Notes under the pieces: generated by a model
The model's input: the letters and a program-made list of their open reading frames with translations, nothing else
Told to the model about the DNA's origin: nothing
Database searches by the model: none
Translations under genes and position numbers: made by a program
Source: the human T2T-CHM13v2.0 reference genome, Homo sapiens
Assembly (NCBI RefSeq): GCF_009914755.1
Contig: NC_060926.1
DNA: 64,000 nucleotides
Strand: one strand, 5' to 3'
Shown: positions 38,475 to 51,437 of the stretch, piece by piece
How positions within the stretch are numbered: the stretch's first letter is position 1
How the letters are laid out: every line of letters begins with the position of its first letter

Positions 38475-40048
38475 GTAAATTGGTAACAGTAGAGTGGGGC
38501 ATTGCTGAAAAGATACCTGAATATGTCAAAGCGACTTTGAAATTGGGTAATAGGCAGAGGTTGGAACAGTTTGGAGAGCTCAGAAGAAGACAGAAAAATG
38601 TGGGAAAGTCTGGTACTTCCTAGAGAATTGTTAAATTGCTTTGACCAAAAGCCTGACAGCAATATGCACAATTAGGTCCAGGCTGAGGTGGTCTCAGATG
38701 GAGATGAGGAACTTGTTAGGAACTAGAACAAAAGTGACTTTTATTATGTTTTAGCAAAGAGAGTGGTGGCATTTTGCCCCTGCCCTACAGATTTGTGGAA
38801 CTTTGAACTTGAGAGACACGATTTAGGGTATCTGGCAGAAGAAATTTCTAAGGAGCCAGCCTTCAAGATGTGACTTGGGTGCTGTTAAAGGCATTCAGTT
38901 TTATAAGGGAAGCAGAGCATCAAAGTTCAGAAAATTTGCAGCCTGACAGTGTGATAGAAAAGAAACACTCATTTTCTGAGGTGAAATTCAAGCCTGCTGT
39001 AGAAATTTGCATAAGTAGTGAGGAGTCCAATGTTAATCCCCAAGACAATAGGGAAAATAACTCCAGGGCATGTCAGAGGTCTTCATGGCAGATGGCAGCC
39101 CCTCTCATCACAGGCCCGGAGGCCTAGAAGTAGTTTTGTGGGCCAGGCCAAGGGTTCCTGTGCTGTGTGCAGCCTGGGGACTCGGTGCCCTGCATCCCAG
39201 CCACTCCAGCCATGGCTAAAAGGGGCCAACAAAGAGCTCAGGCCATGCCTTCAGAGGCTGCAAGCCTCAAGCCTTGGCAGCTTCCATATGGTATTGAGCC
39301 TACCAGTGCACAGAAGTCAAGAATTGAGATTTAGGAACTTTTGCCTGGATTCAGAGGATGTATGGAAACGCCTGGATGCCCAGGCAGAAGTTTGCTTCAG
39401 GGGTGGGGATCTCATGGAGAGCCTCTGTTAGGGCAGTATAGAAGGGAAATGTGGGGTCAGAGCCTCCAGACAGAGTCCCTACTGGGGCATTGCCTAGTGA
39501 AGCTGTGAGAAGAGGGCCACTGTCCTCCAGCTCCAGAATGGTGGATCCACTGACAGCTTTCACCATGCACATGGAAAAGCCACAGACACTCAACACCAGC
39601 CCATGAAAGCAGCCAGGAGTAGGGCTATACTCTGCAAAGCCACAGGGGTGGAACTGCCTAAGACCACAGGAACCCACCTTGCCTCAGTGTGACCTGGATG
39701 TGAGACCTGGAGTCAAAAGAGATCATTTTGGACCTTTAAGATTTGACTGACCTGCTGGATTTAGGACTTGCATGGGGCCTATAGTCCCTTTCTTTTGGCC
39801 AATTCCTCCCATTTGGAATGAGTATTTACACAATGCCTGTACCCCCCATTGTATCTAGGAAGAAACTAACTTGCTTTTGATTTTACAGGTTCATAGGCAG
39901 GAGGGACTTGCCTTGTCTCAGATGAGACTTTGGACTGTGGACTTTTGAGTTAATGCTGAAATGAGTTAAAACTTTGGGGGACTGCTGGGAAGGCATGATT
40001 GGTTTTGAAATGTGATGACATGAGATTTGGGAGGGGTCAGGGGCAGAA
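38475..40048 (+). mobile_element. THE1-int, ~1.57 kb MaLR internal region, degraded ORF
   Basis: gcgactttgaaattgggtaataggcagaggttggaacagtttggag...; purine tract gggaggggtcaggggcagaa before the 3' LTR. Confidence 0.93.
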
Positions 40049-40420
40049 TGATATGGTTTGGTTCTATGTCTCCTGTGTCCCCATCCAAATATCATCTTGA
40101 ATTGTACTCCCATAGTTCCCATGTAATAAGGGAGGGACCCAGAGGGAGAGAATTGACTCATGGGGGCAGTTTCCCCCGTATTGTTCTTGTAGTAGTGAAT
40201 AAGTCTCATGAGATCTGGTGGTTTGATAAGGAGAAACTGGTTTTGCTTGGCTCTCATTCTTTCTCTTGCCACCACCATGTGAGATGTGCCTTTCACCTTC
40301 CACCATGATTGTGAGGCCTGCCCAGCCGTGTGGAACTGTAAGTCCAATAAACCTCTTTCTTTTGTAAATTGCCCAGTCTTGGGTATGTCTTTATCAGCAG
40401 CATGAAAATGGACTAATACA
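40049..40420 (+). mobile_element. THE1 3' LTR (different U3 type from the 5' LTR)
   Basis: tgatatggtttgg...ggactaataca; provirus TSD ggttg (38113-38117) / gtttg (40421-40425). Confidence 0.93.
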
Positions 40421-43063
40421 GTTTGCTTCCAAATCTTAGCTACCATAAACAGTGCTGGAATAAACATAGGAGTGCAGATATCTCTTTGATATACTGATTT
40501 CCTTTATTTGGGGTATATACCAAGTAGTGGGATTGCTGGATCCTGCGGTAGCTCAATTTTTAGTTTTTTTGAAAAACCTTCAAACTGTTCTCCATAGTGA
40601 TGGTACTAGTTTACATTTCCACCAACAGTATACAAGGGTTCCCTTTTGTCCACATTCTTGCAAGCATTGGTTATTGCCTGATTTTTGGATAAAAGCCATT
40701 TTAACTGGGGTGAGATGATATGTCATTGTAGTTTTTATTTTCATTTTTCTGATGATCAACAATGTTGAGCACATTTTCATGTGCCTGTTTGCAATTTGTA
40801 GGTCTTCTTTTGAGAAATGTGTATTCAAACTTTTTGCCCATCTTTTGACTGGATTATTATATTTTTCCTATAGAGTTGTTTGAGCTCCTTATGTATTCTG
40901 GTTATTAATCCCTTGTCAGATGGGTAGTTTGCAAATATTTTTCTCCCATTCTGTGGGTTGCCACTTCACTTTTTTCATTGTATTCTTTGCTGTGCAAAAT
41001 GTTTTTTTAACTTGATGTGATCCTATTTGTCCATTTTTGCTTTGGTTTTCTGTGCTTGTGGGGTATTGTTCAAGAAATTTTTGCCTAGACCAATGTCCTG
41101 GAGATTTTCCCCAATGTTTTTTTATAGTAGTTTCATGGTTTAAGGTCTTAGATTTAAGTCTGTAACCCATTTTTATTTGATTTTTGTATATGGTGGGAGA
41201 GAGGGGTCTAGTTTCATTCTTCTGCATGTGGTTATCCAGTTTTCCCAGCACCATTTATTGAAGAGACTGTCTTTCCCCCAGTGCATGTTCATGGCACCTT
41301 TGTAAAAAATGAGTTCACTTTGGTGTGTGGATTTGTTTCTAGGTTCTCTATTCTGTTTCATTGGTCTATGCCTGTTTTTATGATAGTACCATGATGTTTT
41401 GGATACTATAGCTCTGTAGTATAATTTGAATTCAGGTAATGTGATTCCTCTACTTTTCTTTTTTTGCTTAGGATAATCGTTTTCTATTCTGGGTTGTTTG
41501 TAGTTACATATACATTTCAGAATTGCTTTTTCTATTTCTGTGAAGAATATCATTGGTATTTTGATAGGGACTGCAGTCAATCTGTAGATTGCTTTGGGTA
41601 GTATGAACATTTTAACAACATTAATTCTTCAAATCCATGAACATGGAACTTTTTTTATTTTTTGGTGTCCTCTTCAATTTCTTTTATGTATTTTATAGTT
41701 TTCTTTGTAGATAACTTTTACTTCTTTGGTTAATGCCTAGGTATTTAATTTTATGTGTGGGTATTGTAAATGGGATTACTTTTCATGTTTTATTCTTTCA
41801 CATTGTTAACTGTTGGCATATAGAAATGCTACTGATTTTTGTATGTTGATTTTGTATCCTGCAACTTCATTGAATTTATTTTTTAGTTCTAGTAGATTTT
41901 TGGTGTAATATTTAGGTCTTTCCAAATATAAGATCATATAATCTGTAAACAAGAATAATTTAACTTCTTCCTTTCCAATTTGGATACCCTTAATATCTTT
42001 CTGTTGTCTGATTGCTCTAGCTAGGACTTCCAGTACTATATCCCAGTACTGTAACAGTGGTGACAATGAGCATCCTTTGTTGTGTTCCAGACCTTAGAGG
42101 AAAGGCTTTCACTTCTTCCGCATTGAGTATGATACTAGCAGTGTGTCTGTCATATACGGCTTTTTATTATGTTGTGGTATGTTCCTTCTATCTCCAGTTT
42201 TTTGAGAGTTTTTATCATAAAGGGACATTAAATTTTATCAAATGCTTTTTCACCGTCAATTAATAATATGGTTTTTGTCCTTCATTCTGTTGATATGCTG
42301 TATCACATTGATTGATTTGTTGTATGTTGAGCCAGACTTGCATCCTGGGGATAAATCCCATTTGGTCATGATGAATGATCTTTCTAACGTATTGTCAAAT
42401 TCAGTTTGCTAGTATTTTGTTGAGGATTTTTGCATCAATATGTATCACAGATATTGACCTACAGCTTTTCTTTTTATGTGTCTTCATTAGGTTTTGTTGG
42501 TATCAGGGTAATACTGGCCTCGTACAGTGAGTTTGGAAATATTCCCTACTCTGTTTTTTGGAATAGTTTGAGAAGGATTGGCGTCAGTTTTTCTTCAACT
42601 ATTTGGTTGAATTCAGCAGTGAAACTATCAGCTCCTGTGCTTTCCTTTATTGGGAGACTTTTTATTTACAGCTTCAATCTCATTACTTCTTCTTACTTGT
42701 TAGGCTGTTCAGGTTTTGGATTTCCTCTTGTTTCAATCTTGGTAGGTTGTATGTATCTAGGAATTTGTCTATTTCCAATTTATTGGCATATAGTTGCTCA
42801 TAGTGGCCACTGATGATCCTTTGAATTTCTGAAGTATCAGTTATATTGTCACCTTTTTCATTTTTGATTTTATTTATTTGGATCTTCTCTTTTTTTCTTA
42901 GTTATTCTTGCTAAAGATTTGTCAACTTCATTTAACTTTTCAAAAAACCAACTTTTGGTTTAATTGACCTTTTGTGTTTTTTATTTCAATTTCATTTATT
43001 TCTGCTCTGATCTTTATTATTTCTTTTCTTCTACTAATTTTGGGTTTGGTTTGCTCTTGCTTT
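40421..43063 (-). mobile_element. L1MA-like ORF2 (RT and C-terminal region), 5'-truncated, frameshifted
   Basis: Minus ORFs 41806-42066 ([36 protein letters not shown]), 41173-41610 (ILPKAIYR...[13 protein letters not shown]), 40580-40828; continuous with 38117 across the THE1. Confidence 0.93.
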
Positions 43064-43230
43064 TTCCAAGGTTTTTAAATGGTCTGAGAATCCTGGTATG
43101 TGAAGAAAATTGTTTAACATTGTGTAGCTATATTTTACTAAACTTTCTTACCACACTGCAGGGTATATTTGGCACATGTGTTCACTAGTTATTTCTAGAA
43201 CTGAATTTAAATAGGGGACTTATAAAGGAG

Positions 43231-43590
43231 TGATATGGTTTGGCTCTGTGTCCCCATCCAAATCTCACGTCAAATTGTAATTCCCAGTGGTGGAGGAGGG
43301 ACCTGCTGGAAGGTAATTGAATCATGGGGGCGGACTTCCCCCTTGCTGTCTCATGATAGAGTTCTTACAGGATCTAGTTTTTTAAAAGTGTGTGGCACCT
43401 CCCCCTCCTCTCTCCTGCTCTGGTCATGTGAAGGCTGTGCCTGCTTCCCCTATGCCTTCCACCATAATTGTAAGTTTCCTGAGGCCTTCCCTCACTGCCT
43501 GCAGAGCTGTGAGCCGATTAAACCTCTTTTCTTAATAAATCACCCAGTCTCAGGTATGTCTTTATAGCAGTCTAAGAAAGGACTAATACA
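43231..43590 (+). mobile_element. MSTA/THE1D-like solo LTR
   Basis: tgatatggtttggctctgtgtccccatccaaatctca...gactaataca; TSD aggag/gggag. Confidence 0.9.
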
Positions 43591-43595
43591 GGGAG

Positions 43596-44116
43596 CGTGG
43601 TTTTAATACATGGCCTCCAATTCTGTGACACTCCTCCTTTCAAGAGTTAGGGTCTATGTCTGCTCTCCTTGAATCAGGGTGGGTTTATGACTACTTTAAC
43701 TTATAGAGTCCTGCAGAAGTGCTCTGTGCCTGGATACACATGCCCACATAGCTTCTGCCACATTGCATTTGGAGTCCCAAGCCACCATGTAACCATGATG
43801 CCACTGGATGTCTAACTATCCAGAGACTACCAAAATCATGAGACCACATCCAGGTGTAGTGGTCAGCAGCTAAGCCCAGCCATCTCCTCCACTGCGTCAG
43901 CATGTAAGTGAAATCATCTTGGATCTTCCAGACCCAAATTATGCTCCAACTGAATACCACCACCAAAAGACCTCCATTGCTACCATGTAGAATAGATGGA
44001 TCACTCAGCTGAGCCCTGCTTGAATTCCTGACTCACAAAATCAAAAGAAATAATAAAACAGTTGCTTGAACCTCTAAGTTTGGTGTTAGTTTTTTGCATA
44101 GGAATAGATATATCAG
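43596..44116 (+). mobile_element. MLT1 (G/H-like) LTR
   Basis: ctccttgaatcagggtggg, gccaccatgtaa, cagctgagccctgcttgaattcctgactcacaaaatc, ctaagtttgg. Confidence 0.78.
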
Positions 44117-44989
44117 GGTAGGGGTGTTTAAATTATTATTTGTGGGTGAGAAACCTGAGTGTCTCCTCTGAGACATTCCAAAGCTAGAAGGACCAGGACC
44201 CACTAGCGAAAGCTTAGAGTCTGGGGATACCAACAGATCAGCACTTTGATTCAATTTGATAAACAAGTCATCAGTTTAGCATTAAGCAAAAAATGTGAAC
44301 AGAGTGAGAACAGGTTGGAAACAAGAACGTTTTTGGACTGTTATACCTTACCTTTCCTGCCTGATATATGGATGTGCTAGGCTGAGACAGAGCCACTGCC
44401 TTGCTGCATGAACCTAAATCTTCTGATGTAGACATCAAGGAACCAACCACATTTTCCTACCACAAGGGGCTTGGTCTCTCTCTAAGATATAATCATGCAT
44501 TGGATGGAACATGGAGAAGATTCTGATGTCTTTATGTCCATGGGGAGGAAATAAGTGATAGTGATAGTAAATTAATTTCTGGAAGGGTCAGATTAGCTAT
44601 GACTGATCACCGGATATCATAAAACCCAAATTGCTTGATTCATTTCCTTTATGATTCTGCCCTCCACCTACACAGGACCATCCAATGGTACTCCAGTGAG
44701 TCAGTGGTTCCTTCCTTTATACCTGTCACTACTCTCAGTTTCTTTATCTAGGTTCTTCCCTCTGTTTATGTTACATCAAATAATGTATTAATCAGGAATG
44801 GACTGCTGCCTTGGCTGGCTCTGATACCTTCCTATTTATTGCGTTCCCAGACTGCTCTCCTAGTGAGCCTAGACACATAACACTTGATCCTGGAGTATGA
44901 TATGGATGAAACCACTGGGGATGAGGGAGAAAATGTGCTATTCTCACACGGACCCCACAGACGCATATTGAAATGGCTGATGCTTATGT

Positions 44990-46140
44990 GCAAACACTCT
45001 CTTATCCAATTAGTCATTAGCACTTGATAATGACACCTCCTATGTATATTACTAATCCAACACATCCTCTCAATCACTGCTCTAGTTCCGACACTCATCA
45101 TTCTCTTCTTATATAACATTTGCCTTCTGACTCATCTCCTTTCTTCCAGTTTCTCCCCAGCTGTTGTCTGAGGAGTTTTTCTAAAGCACAAATCTGACAT
45201 ATTGCTCTCCTGCATAAGATTCTTCTCACTGCATACAGGGCAAAGTCCAAATTTTATAATGTTACCATATTGGTCATAGTCCAGTGAAAAAGAAACTATT
45301 CTAGCTATTTTAAATAAGTGGAATTTAATAGAGGGAACTGGTTACATAGCTAATGAAAGATGATAAGGCAATGCGGACATTAACGAGGAGGAGGTGGGAG
45401 CTGCCATCATTGAGGTAGGGGCTCTATTAGGACCTTCAGCCACAAAAAAAGATGATGTAGCTGCTGCCAGAGAGGTCCCCTAAGGCAGAGCAATACCCTG
45501 GTTTCTGTCCTGCTTTCACCCTCCAGTTTTCTTCTTGAGTCTTCAATTGTTCAAACTTCCTAGGAAGCCAGGTAGCAAAGAATTTTACTCTGTAGTTCTC
45601 TGAGGAGCAGAGAAAGGATGGGAATGGAACTGAAAGCAAAGAGAAAAGTGACCAGCACAATGATGTATAAAGACCTTCAAGGTCTTAACTCTACTGATAT
45701 CTCATTTCCATGTTTCACCATTCCTTCAACTTCTCCTTTCCCCCTAATGACACTGAACTACTCAGAACTCCCCAATTGTATCATTCTGTTTCGTAGTTTC
45801 ATAGGTGAATTGGCACATGCTCTTCCTTTCATCTTTAATGTCCATCCCTCCATATGATTAGAGAACTTAAACTTACCTTTCAAAACCCAGCTCACTATCT
45901 TGTTTGTTAAAGCTTTCTTAGACCTCTCCAGAATAGAGCTGATCAGTCTTTCATGTGCTCCACTCCTGCATCCTGTTTCCTTATAATATTTATCATATTG
46001 AATTATAAGTAAAGCCGATAACTCTTATTTTTGCTTGTCTAACCTTTCTTTCTCTTATATTAAGAGGGCACCTGTTTTTCTTTTAGGAGCCTCTTCTAGT
46101 TTACATGGTGCTAGATAGGTTTTCAATCACATGGATTGAT
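44990..46140 (+). mobile_element. L2 fragments, split by an ancient LTR-like insert (~45261-45659)
   Basis: tttctaaagcacaaatctgacatattgctctcctgc...caaagtccaaa, resuming at tataaagaccttca; the insert ends in accagcaca. Confidence 0.55.
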
Positions 46141-46149
46141 CTTGTTTTT

Positions 46150-46525
46150 GATATTGGCATGTGACCCAGGTTTAACAACCAGAGTACCTCATCTACAGCG
46201 ATTGGGCTGTGATGTGTACATGAATAAATGATCTATCAGAGTTTTTAGAGACCGATAAGGATATTTGAGGGTGGAAGAGTAGTCTTTAACCATTAGTGCA
46301 ATGCAAGCGAGAGCTTCTGGTGAGCATCTTTGCACCTCATGGGAAAAGCTCACCTGAGAATCAAGCCCAAATGGAGCAAAGCTGGACATTGTTTGGGCAC
46401 CTAGATTTGAATGTGCTCGAAGGAGATTAACCCCTAAATCTCTCAGGCACATGAGCCAGCAAATAACCCCTCCCTTTTAAAATTAAAACATTTTTCATGT
46501 GCACGTAAGGCTTATTGTCTGTTAC
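46150..46525 (+). mobile_element. MLT1K/J-like LTR relic
   Basis: ggcatgtgacccagg, catctttgcacc, acatgagccagcaaataacccc, tctgttactggaac. Confidence 0.5.
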
Positions 46526-46549
46526 TGGAACTCAGAATTTGATGTATAC

Positions 46550-49000
46550 CATAAGATCTACATTACTCATTGTGTTAGTTAAGTCTTCCATCTTTACTAA
46601 TTTTTTTTATTTGTCTTGAACTGTGAAAAATATATTAAAGTTATCTATAAATAGTATATTTCTGTCTATTTATTTTTGTTTCTATAGTTTCTGTTTTATG
46701 CAAGTTGTTATTTCACTGGATGCATATATATTAATTATATCTTTTTTGTTTTTGCTCTTTTTTCTTCATTTTATTTATTAATTATATCTTTATTGTGAAT
46801 TATATCAATTAGCATTATAAAATATAACTTAACAAAATGCTTCTTGACTTATTTATATCTTATTAAATCTTGATACATCTACTTTTTTTTGTATTTTCAC
46901 TTTCCTGATATGTCTGCTCATTCTTTTGTTTTTAACCTTGCAAGAATATTTGTTTTAAATGAGTCTTTTGTATACAGCATAGGATTTGCTGTTAGTAAAT
47001 TTGAAAATCTTTTTATTTTAGTAGATAAGCTAAACTCATTTACAATTGTTAATAAGAATGGTAAGTTTTTTTTCAGTGTTACCATATTTTTTATACATGT
47101 GTATGTATATGCATATTTTATACTATGTGGTCTATTTGTTTTCTTTCTCTCTTTCACATTTCTCTTCCTATTTGAAAAGCCTCATTTTTTATTGTTGTTT
47201 TACTCATTACATTTCAACAAATATCTTCATATAATATATGTAATTTCCTTTTATCAGATACTGTTTATTTGTTCTTATTATGAACAACATTGAAGCAAGC
47301 CAGTAACAGCTTATATCTTATTCTCTCTTTTTTCCTCACCCCAGCAATTTTTTTTTTTTTTGAGACAGGATCTCACTCTGTTGTCCAGGTTGTAGTGTAA
47401 TGGCACTATCATAGCTCACTGCAGCCTCAAACTCCTGGGCTCAAGCAATCCTGCCACCTCAGCTTCCCAAGTAGCTAGGACTACAGTTGTGCACCACCAT
47501 GCCCTGCTAAGATTTTTGTGCGCATAGAAATGAGATCTCACTATATTGCCCAAATGGTCAAACTCCTGGCCTCAAGTGATCCTTCTGCCTCAGGCTCCCA
47601 AGGTGCTGGGATTACAGGCATGGACCACTGCACCCAGCCACCCTGGCAAATACTCTACTCCTACTTGACATCAACAAGAAAATTAGCAAGCTTATTTTAC
47701 TTTATGTATGCTTCCCCCACCCCAAACATTTTTGATATTTGTGTTATATCTATATTGTTAGAGTAGATTGTAACAGTTACATAAATTATGCCACTTTTAT
47801 CTTTATTATTCAATGGTTGTAACAGCCATGCTTATCATGAGTCCTCATGCCAATAATTTTTCCAATCATTTTTGGTTTTCTGAGAACAATTTTTTCCTAA
47901 ATAATTACAGGTAATAACTATTCATGTGATTTATACTTGAAGATTGGTTTGTTTGGATATAAAATCTTCGGCTGCTCACATTCTATTTCCTAGATTATGT
48001 TAACAATTGTTGTTTTCCTGTTTTCTATTCTAAAATGTTGCTGTTGAAAAGACTGATGCCAATCTGATTTCCTTTTCCTTATAGAGCGACTGCAAGTTCC
48101 ACTTTGTTCCAGTTTACATATTTTGTCCAGTAATAATTACTGGTGGTTCCCCATTTATTCTCACAAGTGTCCCAGCCTACCTAATAAATTACATGTCATC
48201 CTGCTTATAAGTGACAGCCTTTCTTCCTGCCTGCCTGGAAGTTTTTTCCTCATAATTTCATAGATTTAGTGGAATAGATTTTGGTATAGACTCTCCTGGA
48301 TTAATTTTCCCATGTACAAATGTGATCTTTTAATATGTAAATTCAAGATGATTTTGTTTCAGGAAATTTTTCTTAGATTATGGTTTTCAGTACCTGTTCT
48401 GTTTTACTGTTTTGAGTTTCTTCTTTAAGGATTACTATTATACATCTGTTGAATCTTCCTTGCCTTTAATTACTCTCAAATCCTTCTTTTAAAAATATTT
48501 TCCATCATGTTTATTTAACCATTTTTTCTTTCTTCCTAATCTTGTTGGTACTTTTTGTGGTGTTTATTTTACTTTGCGCTCCTTCTGCTCTAGTGTTTAT
48601 TTTTGAAAAGTAATTTTTTTAAATTTATAATTCTTCCTTAAGCTTTTTCAGGCCTTTTTAAAAATATCTTCCTTCTGCTTTGCATATTTTTAAAAGTCTA
48701 TGTATAAGGTTTTGTTAGACAGAGAAAAGTAACATTTCCATGACTGATTTACCTCCTCCTTCCATAGTTTCTGCCATTCCCTTAATTTCCTTTAGCTTAA
48801 CCTACTGTTAGTTTATAGCTCTTCTCTGTTTGTGGCCATATTTTTCTGACATGTTTTCATTTCCTCTAAGGATGCTATTCAGTTTATCATTGTTATCTTC
48901 TTTCATTTTTAAAATGTTTTTGTATGGTTTCTGAATTCAACTCATTCTTTTTGTTCCTGTTTAAGTGAAGTGGGTTTTCTGTGCTTTGGAAAGTTTTCTG
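46550..49000 (-). mobile_element. Ancient L1ME/HAL1-like fragments
   Basis: Very T-rich; tgttgctgttgaaaagactgatgccaatctgatt, ttggatataaaatct, caggaaatttttctt ORF1-like antisense motifs. Confidence 0.6.
47348..47639 (-). mobile_element. AluJ
   Basis: Diverged antisense dimer; TSD accccagcaa / accctggcaa. Confidence 0.92.
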
Positions 49001-49126
49001 TACAGGGGTTAAAGAAGGATAGCTTTCCTACCTTCATGGCTCTTAGCCACCCTAATCAAAATATGACCTGTTAGTAAAACTACCTCTCCAGTATCTTCTA
49101 AGTTCTGCTTCTTCTTCTTCCCTCCT

Positions 49127-49301
49127 CAAGACCAGGAGAAGGATGAGGCAAGTGAAGAACCTAGGACACCAAATTGAAGGAGGCACTCACTCCAGAGCCA
49201 TGCAGTGCTGACTACACTTGAATGATGTCAAGAATGAGGGCCTCCTTAACTTTTGTGCTCTAGTGCTTTGCTTGCTCACCTGATATCTGAATTCTGGCCC
49301 C
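49127..49301. mobile_element. MER53 (palindromic hAT MITE)
   Basis: tgaggcaagtga...aaattgaaggaggcactcactc on the left mirrored by gaatgagggcctccttaacttttgtgctctag...cttgctcacc on the right. Confidence 0.8.
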
Positions 49302-49783
49302 TCCCTAGCTGGTATCTCAGTTTTCTCTGCTATTTATCCCAGTTACATTGTGCTCTATTCCCAGAAATCTCTCCTCAGTCCTATTTCCAAATCTCTCCTT
49401 TGCCTTTTCTCTGAGTGCATAAGTGCCCAGGCTGATTTGCAACATCTTACCTTTCCATAACCCTCCTGACTGAGCCACAAATTGAAGTCTGCAAATTCCC
49501 CTCCCAACCACTCTGATTACTGTCCTCAGAGAGGTCAGGTCAGCTCTCCTTTCTAGTGGAAAACCCCTTCTTTTGGAGGAATAAACCTAAGTCTTTCCTG
49601 GGTTCCTTGGCCCTTAAGACCATCGGAAATTTGTCTGCCCTTTGCTTGCTTCTGCACAGCTACTGTTCCCGAAAGACTCTTGCTGCTAACCATGCTCATT
49701 TGTATTCTGGGCTTTGTGCTGTCGTTCTGTCACAACATTCTGTTGCTGGTGTTCTTCTGAGATTTTTCTTTTGCTATACTAAT

Positions 49784-49835
49784 TGTTCTTTTTTTTTTTT
49801 GAGGGGACTGTGTTCTTATTTTTTTTTGAGGGGAC
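49784..49835. repeat. Short tandem duplication, ~2 x 26 bp
   Basis: tgttc(t)ngaggggac occurs twice in tandem. Confidence 0.75.
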
Positions 49836-50672
49836 ATGCTGCTGCTACCATTTTGCTTCTTCTAATTCTGTAAGGTATTTTAAATTGAAGCCAAAGAAAG
49901 CCAACCAATCCTGAAATTGTTTACCTAGTTTTGTGTCTTAAAAAAAAAAAAAAAAACAAAATAATGAGTTTCTTAAAGATGGTGTTCTTATAGTCTGGCA
50001 CTTAGTAGGAGATTAATAAGTGTGTGTTGAGCCAAGGAAAGAAGAAAGAATGAATGAGTGAGTGAGTGAATAAATACCAGATGGCAATAAAGAAATAAGG
50101 GGGAGGTTCCAAGATAGCTGAATAGGAACAGCTCCCGTCTGCAGCTCCCAGCATGATCGGCGCAGAAGATGGGTAATTTCTGCATTTCCAACTGAAGTGC
50201 TTGATTGATCTCACTGGGACTGGTTGGATAGTGGATGCAGTCCACAGAGGGTGAGCTGAAGCATGGCAGGGTGTTGCCTCACCCAGGAAACACAAGGGGT
50301 GGGGGTATTTCCCTTTCCTACCCAAGGGAAGCCATGACAGACTACCTGGAAAAATGGGACACTCCCCGCCCAAATACTGCACTTTTCCCAAGGTCTTAGA
50401 AACCAGCAGACAAGGTGATTCTCTCCCATGCCTGGCTGGGTGGGTTCCACACCCATGGAGCCTTGCTCACTGCTAGCGCAGCAGTGTGAGATCGATGTGC
50501 AAGGTGCCAGACTGGCTGGGGGAGGGGCGTTTTCCATTGGTGAGGCTTAAGTAGGTAAATAAAGGGGCCAAGAAGCTTGAACTGGGCGGAGCCCACTGCA
50601 GTTCAACAAGGCCTACTGCCTCTAGACTCCACCTCTGTGGGCAGGGCATACCTGAACAAAAGGCAGCAGACA

Positions 50673-50980
50673 GGCTGGGCGCGGTGGCTCATGCCTGTAA
50701 TCCCAGCGTGATGGGAGGCTGAGTCAGGCAGATCATGAGGTTAGGAGATCGAGACCATCCTGCCTAACAGGGTGAAACCTTGTCTGTACTAAAAATACAA
50801 AAAAATACAAAAAAAAAAAAAAATACAGGCAAGTGCCTGTAGTCCCAGCTACTCCAGAGGCTGAGAGGCAGGAGAATGGCGTGAACCCGGGAGGCGGAGC
50901 TTGCAGTGAGCCGAGATCCTGCCACTGCACTCCAGCCTGGGCAACAGAGCAAGACTCCATCTCAAAAAAAAAAAAAAAAA
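50673..50980 (+). mobile_element. AluY inserted in the L1 5'UTR, rearranged central linker
   Basis: Y-type ggagatcgagaccatcc, gaatggcgtgaacccgggaggcggagcttgcag; perfect TSD aaaaggcagcagaca (50658-50672, 50977-50991). Confidence 0.95.
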
Positions 50981-51437
50981 GGCAGCAGACAACTTCTGCA
51001 GACTTAAACGTCCCTGTCTGACAGCTCTGAAGAGAGCAGTGGTTCTCCCAGCATGGCGTTTGAGCTCTGAGAATGGACAGACTGCCTCCTCAAGTGGGTC
51101 CCTGACCCCTGTGTAGCCTAATTGGGAGACACCTCCCAGTAGGGGCCGACAGACACCTCATATAGGCAGCTGCCCCTCTGGGATGAAGCTTCCAGAGGAA
51201 GGATCAGGCAGCAATATTTGCTGTTCTGCAGCCTCTGCTGGTGATACCCAGGTAAAGAGGGTCTGGAGTGGAACTCCAGCAAACTCCAACAGACCTGCAG
51301 CTGAGGGACCTGACTGTTAGAAGGAAAACTAACAAACAGAAAGGAATAGCATCAACATCAACAAAAAGGTCATCTACACCAAAACCCCATCTGTAGGTCA
51401 CCAACATCAAAGACCAAAGGTAGATAAAACCACGAAG

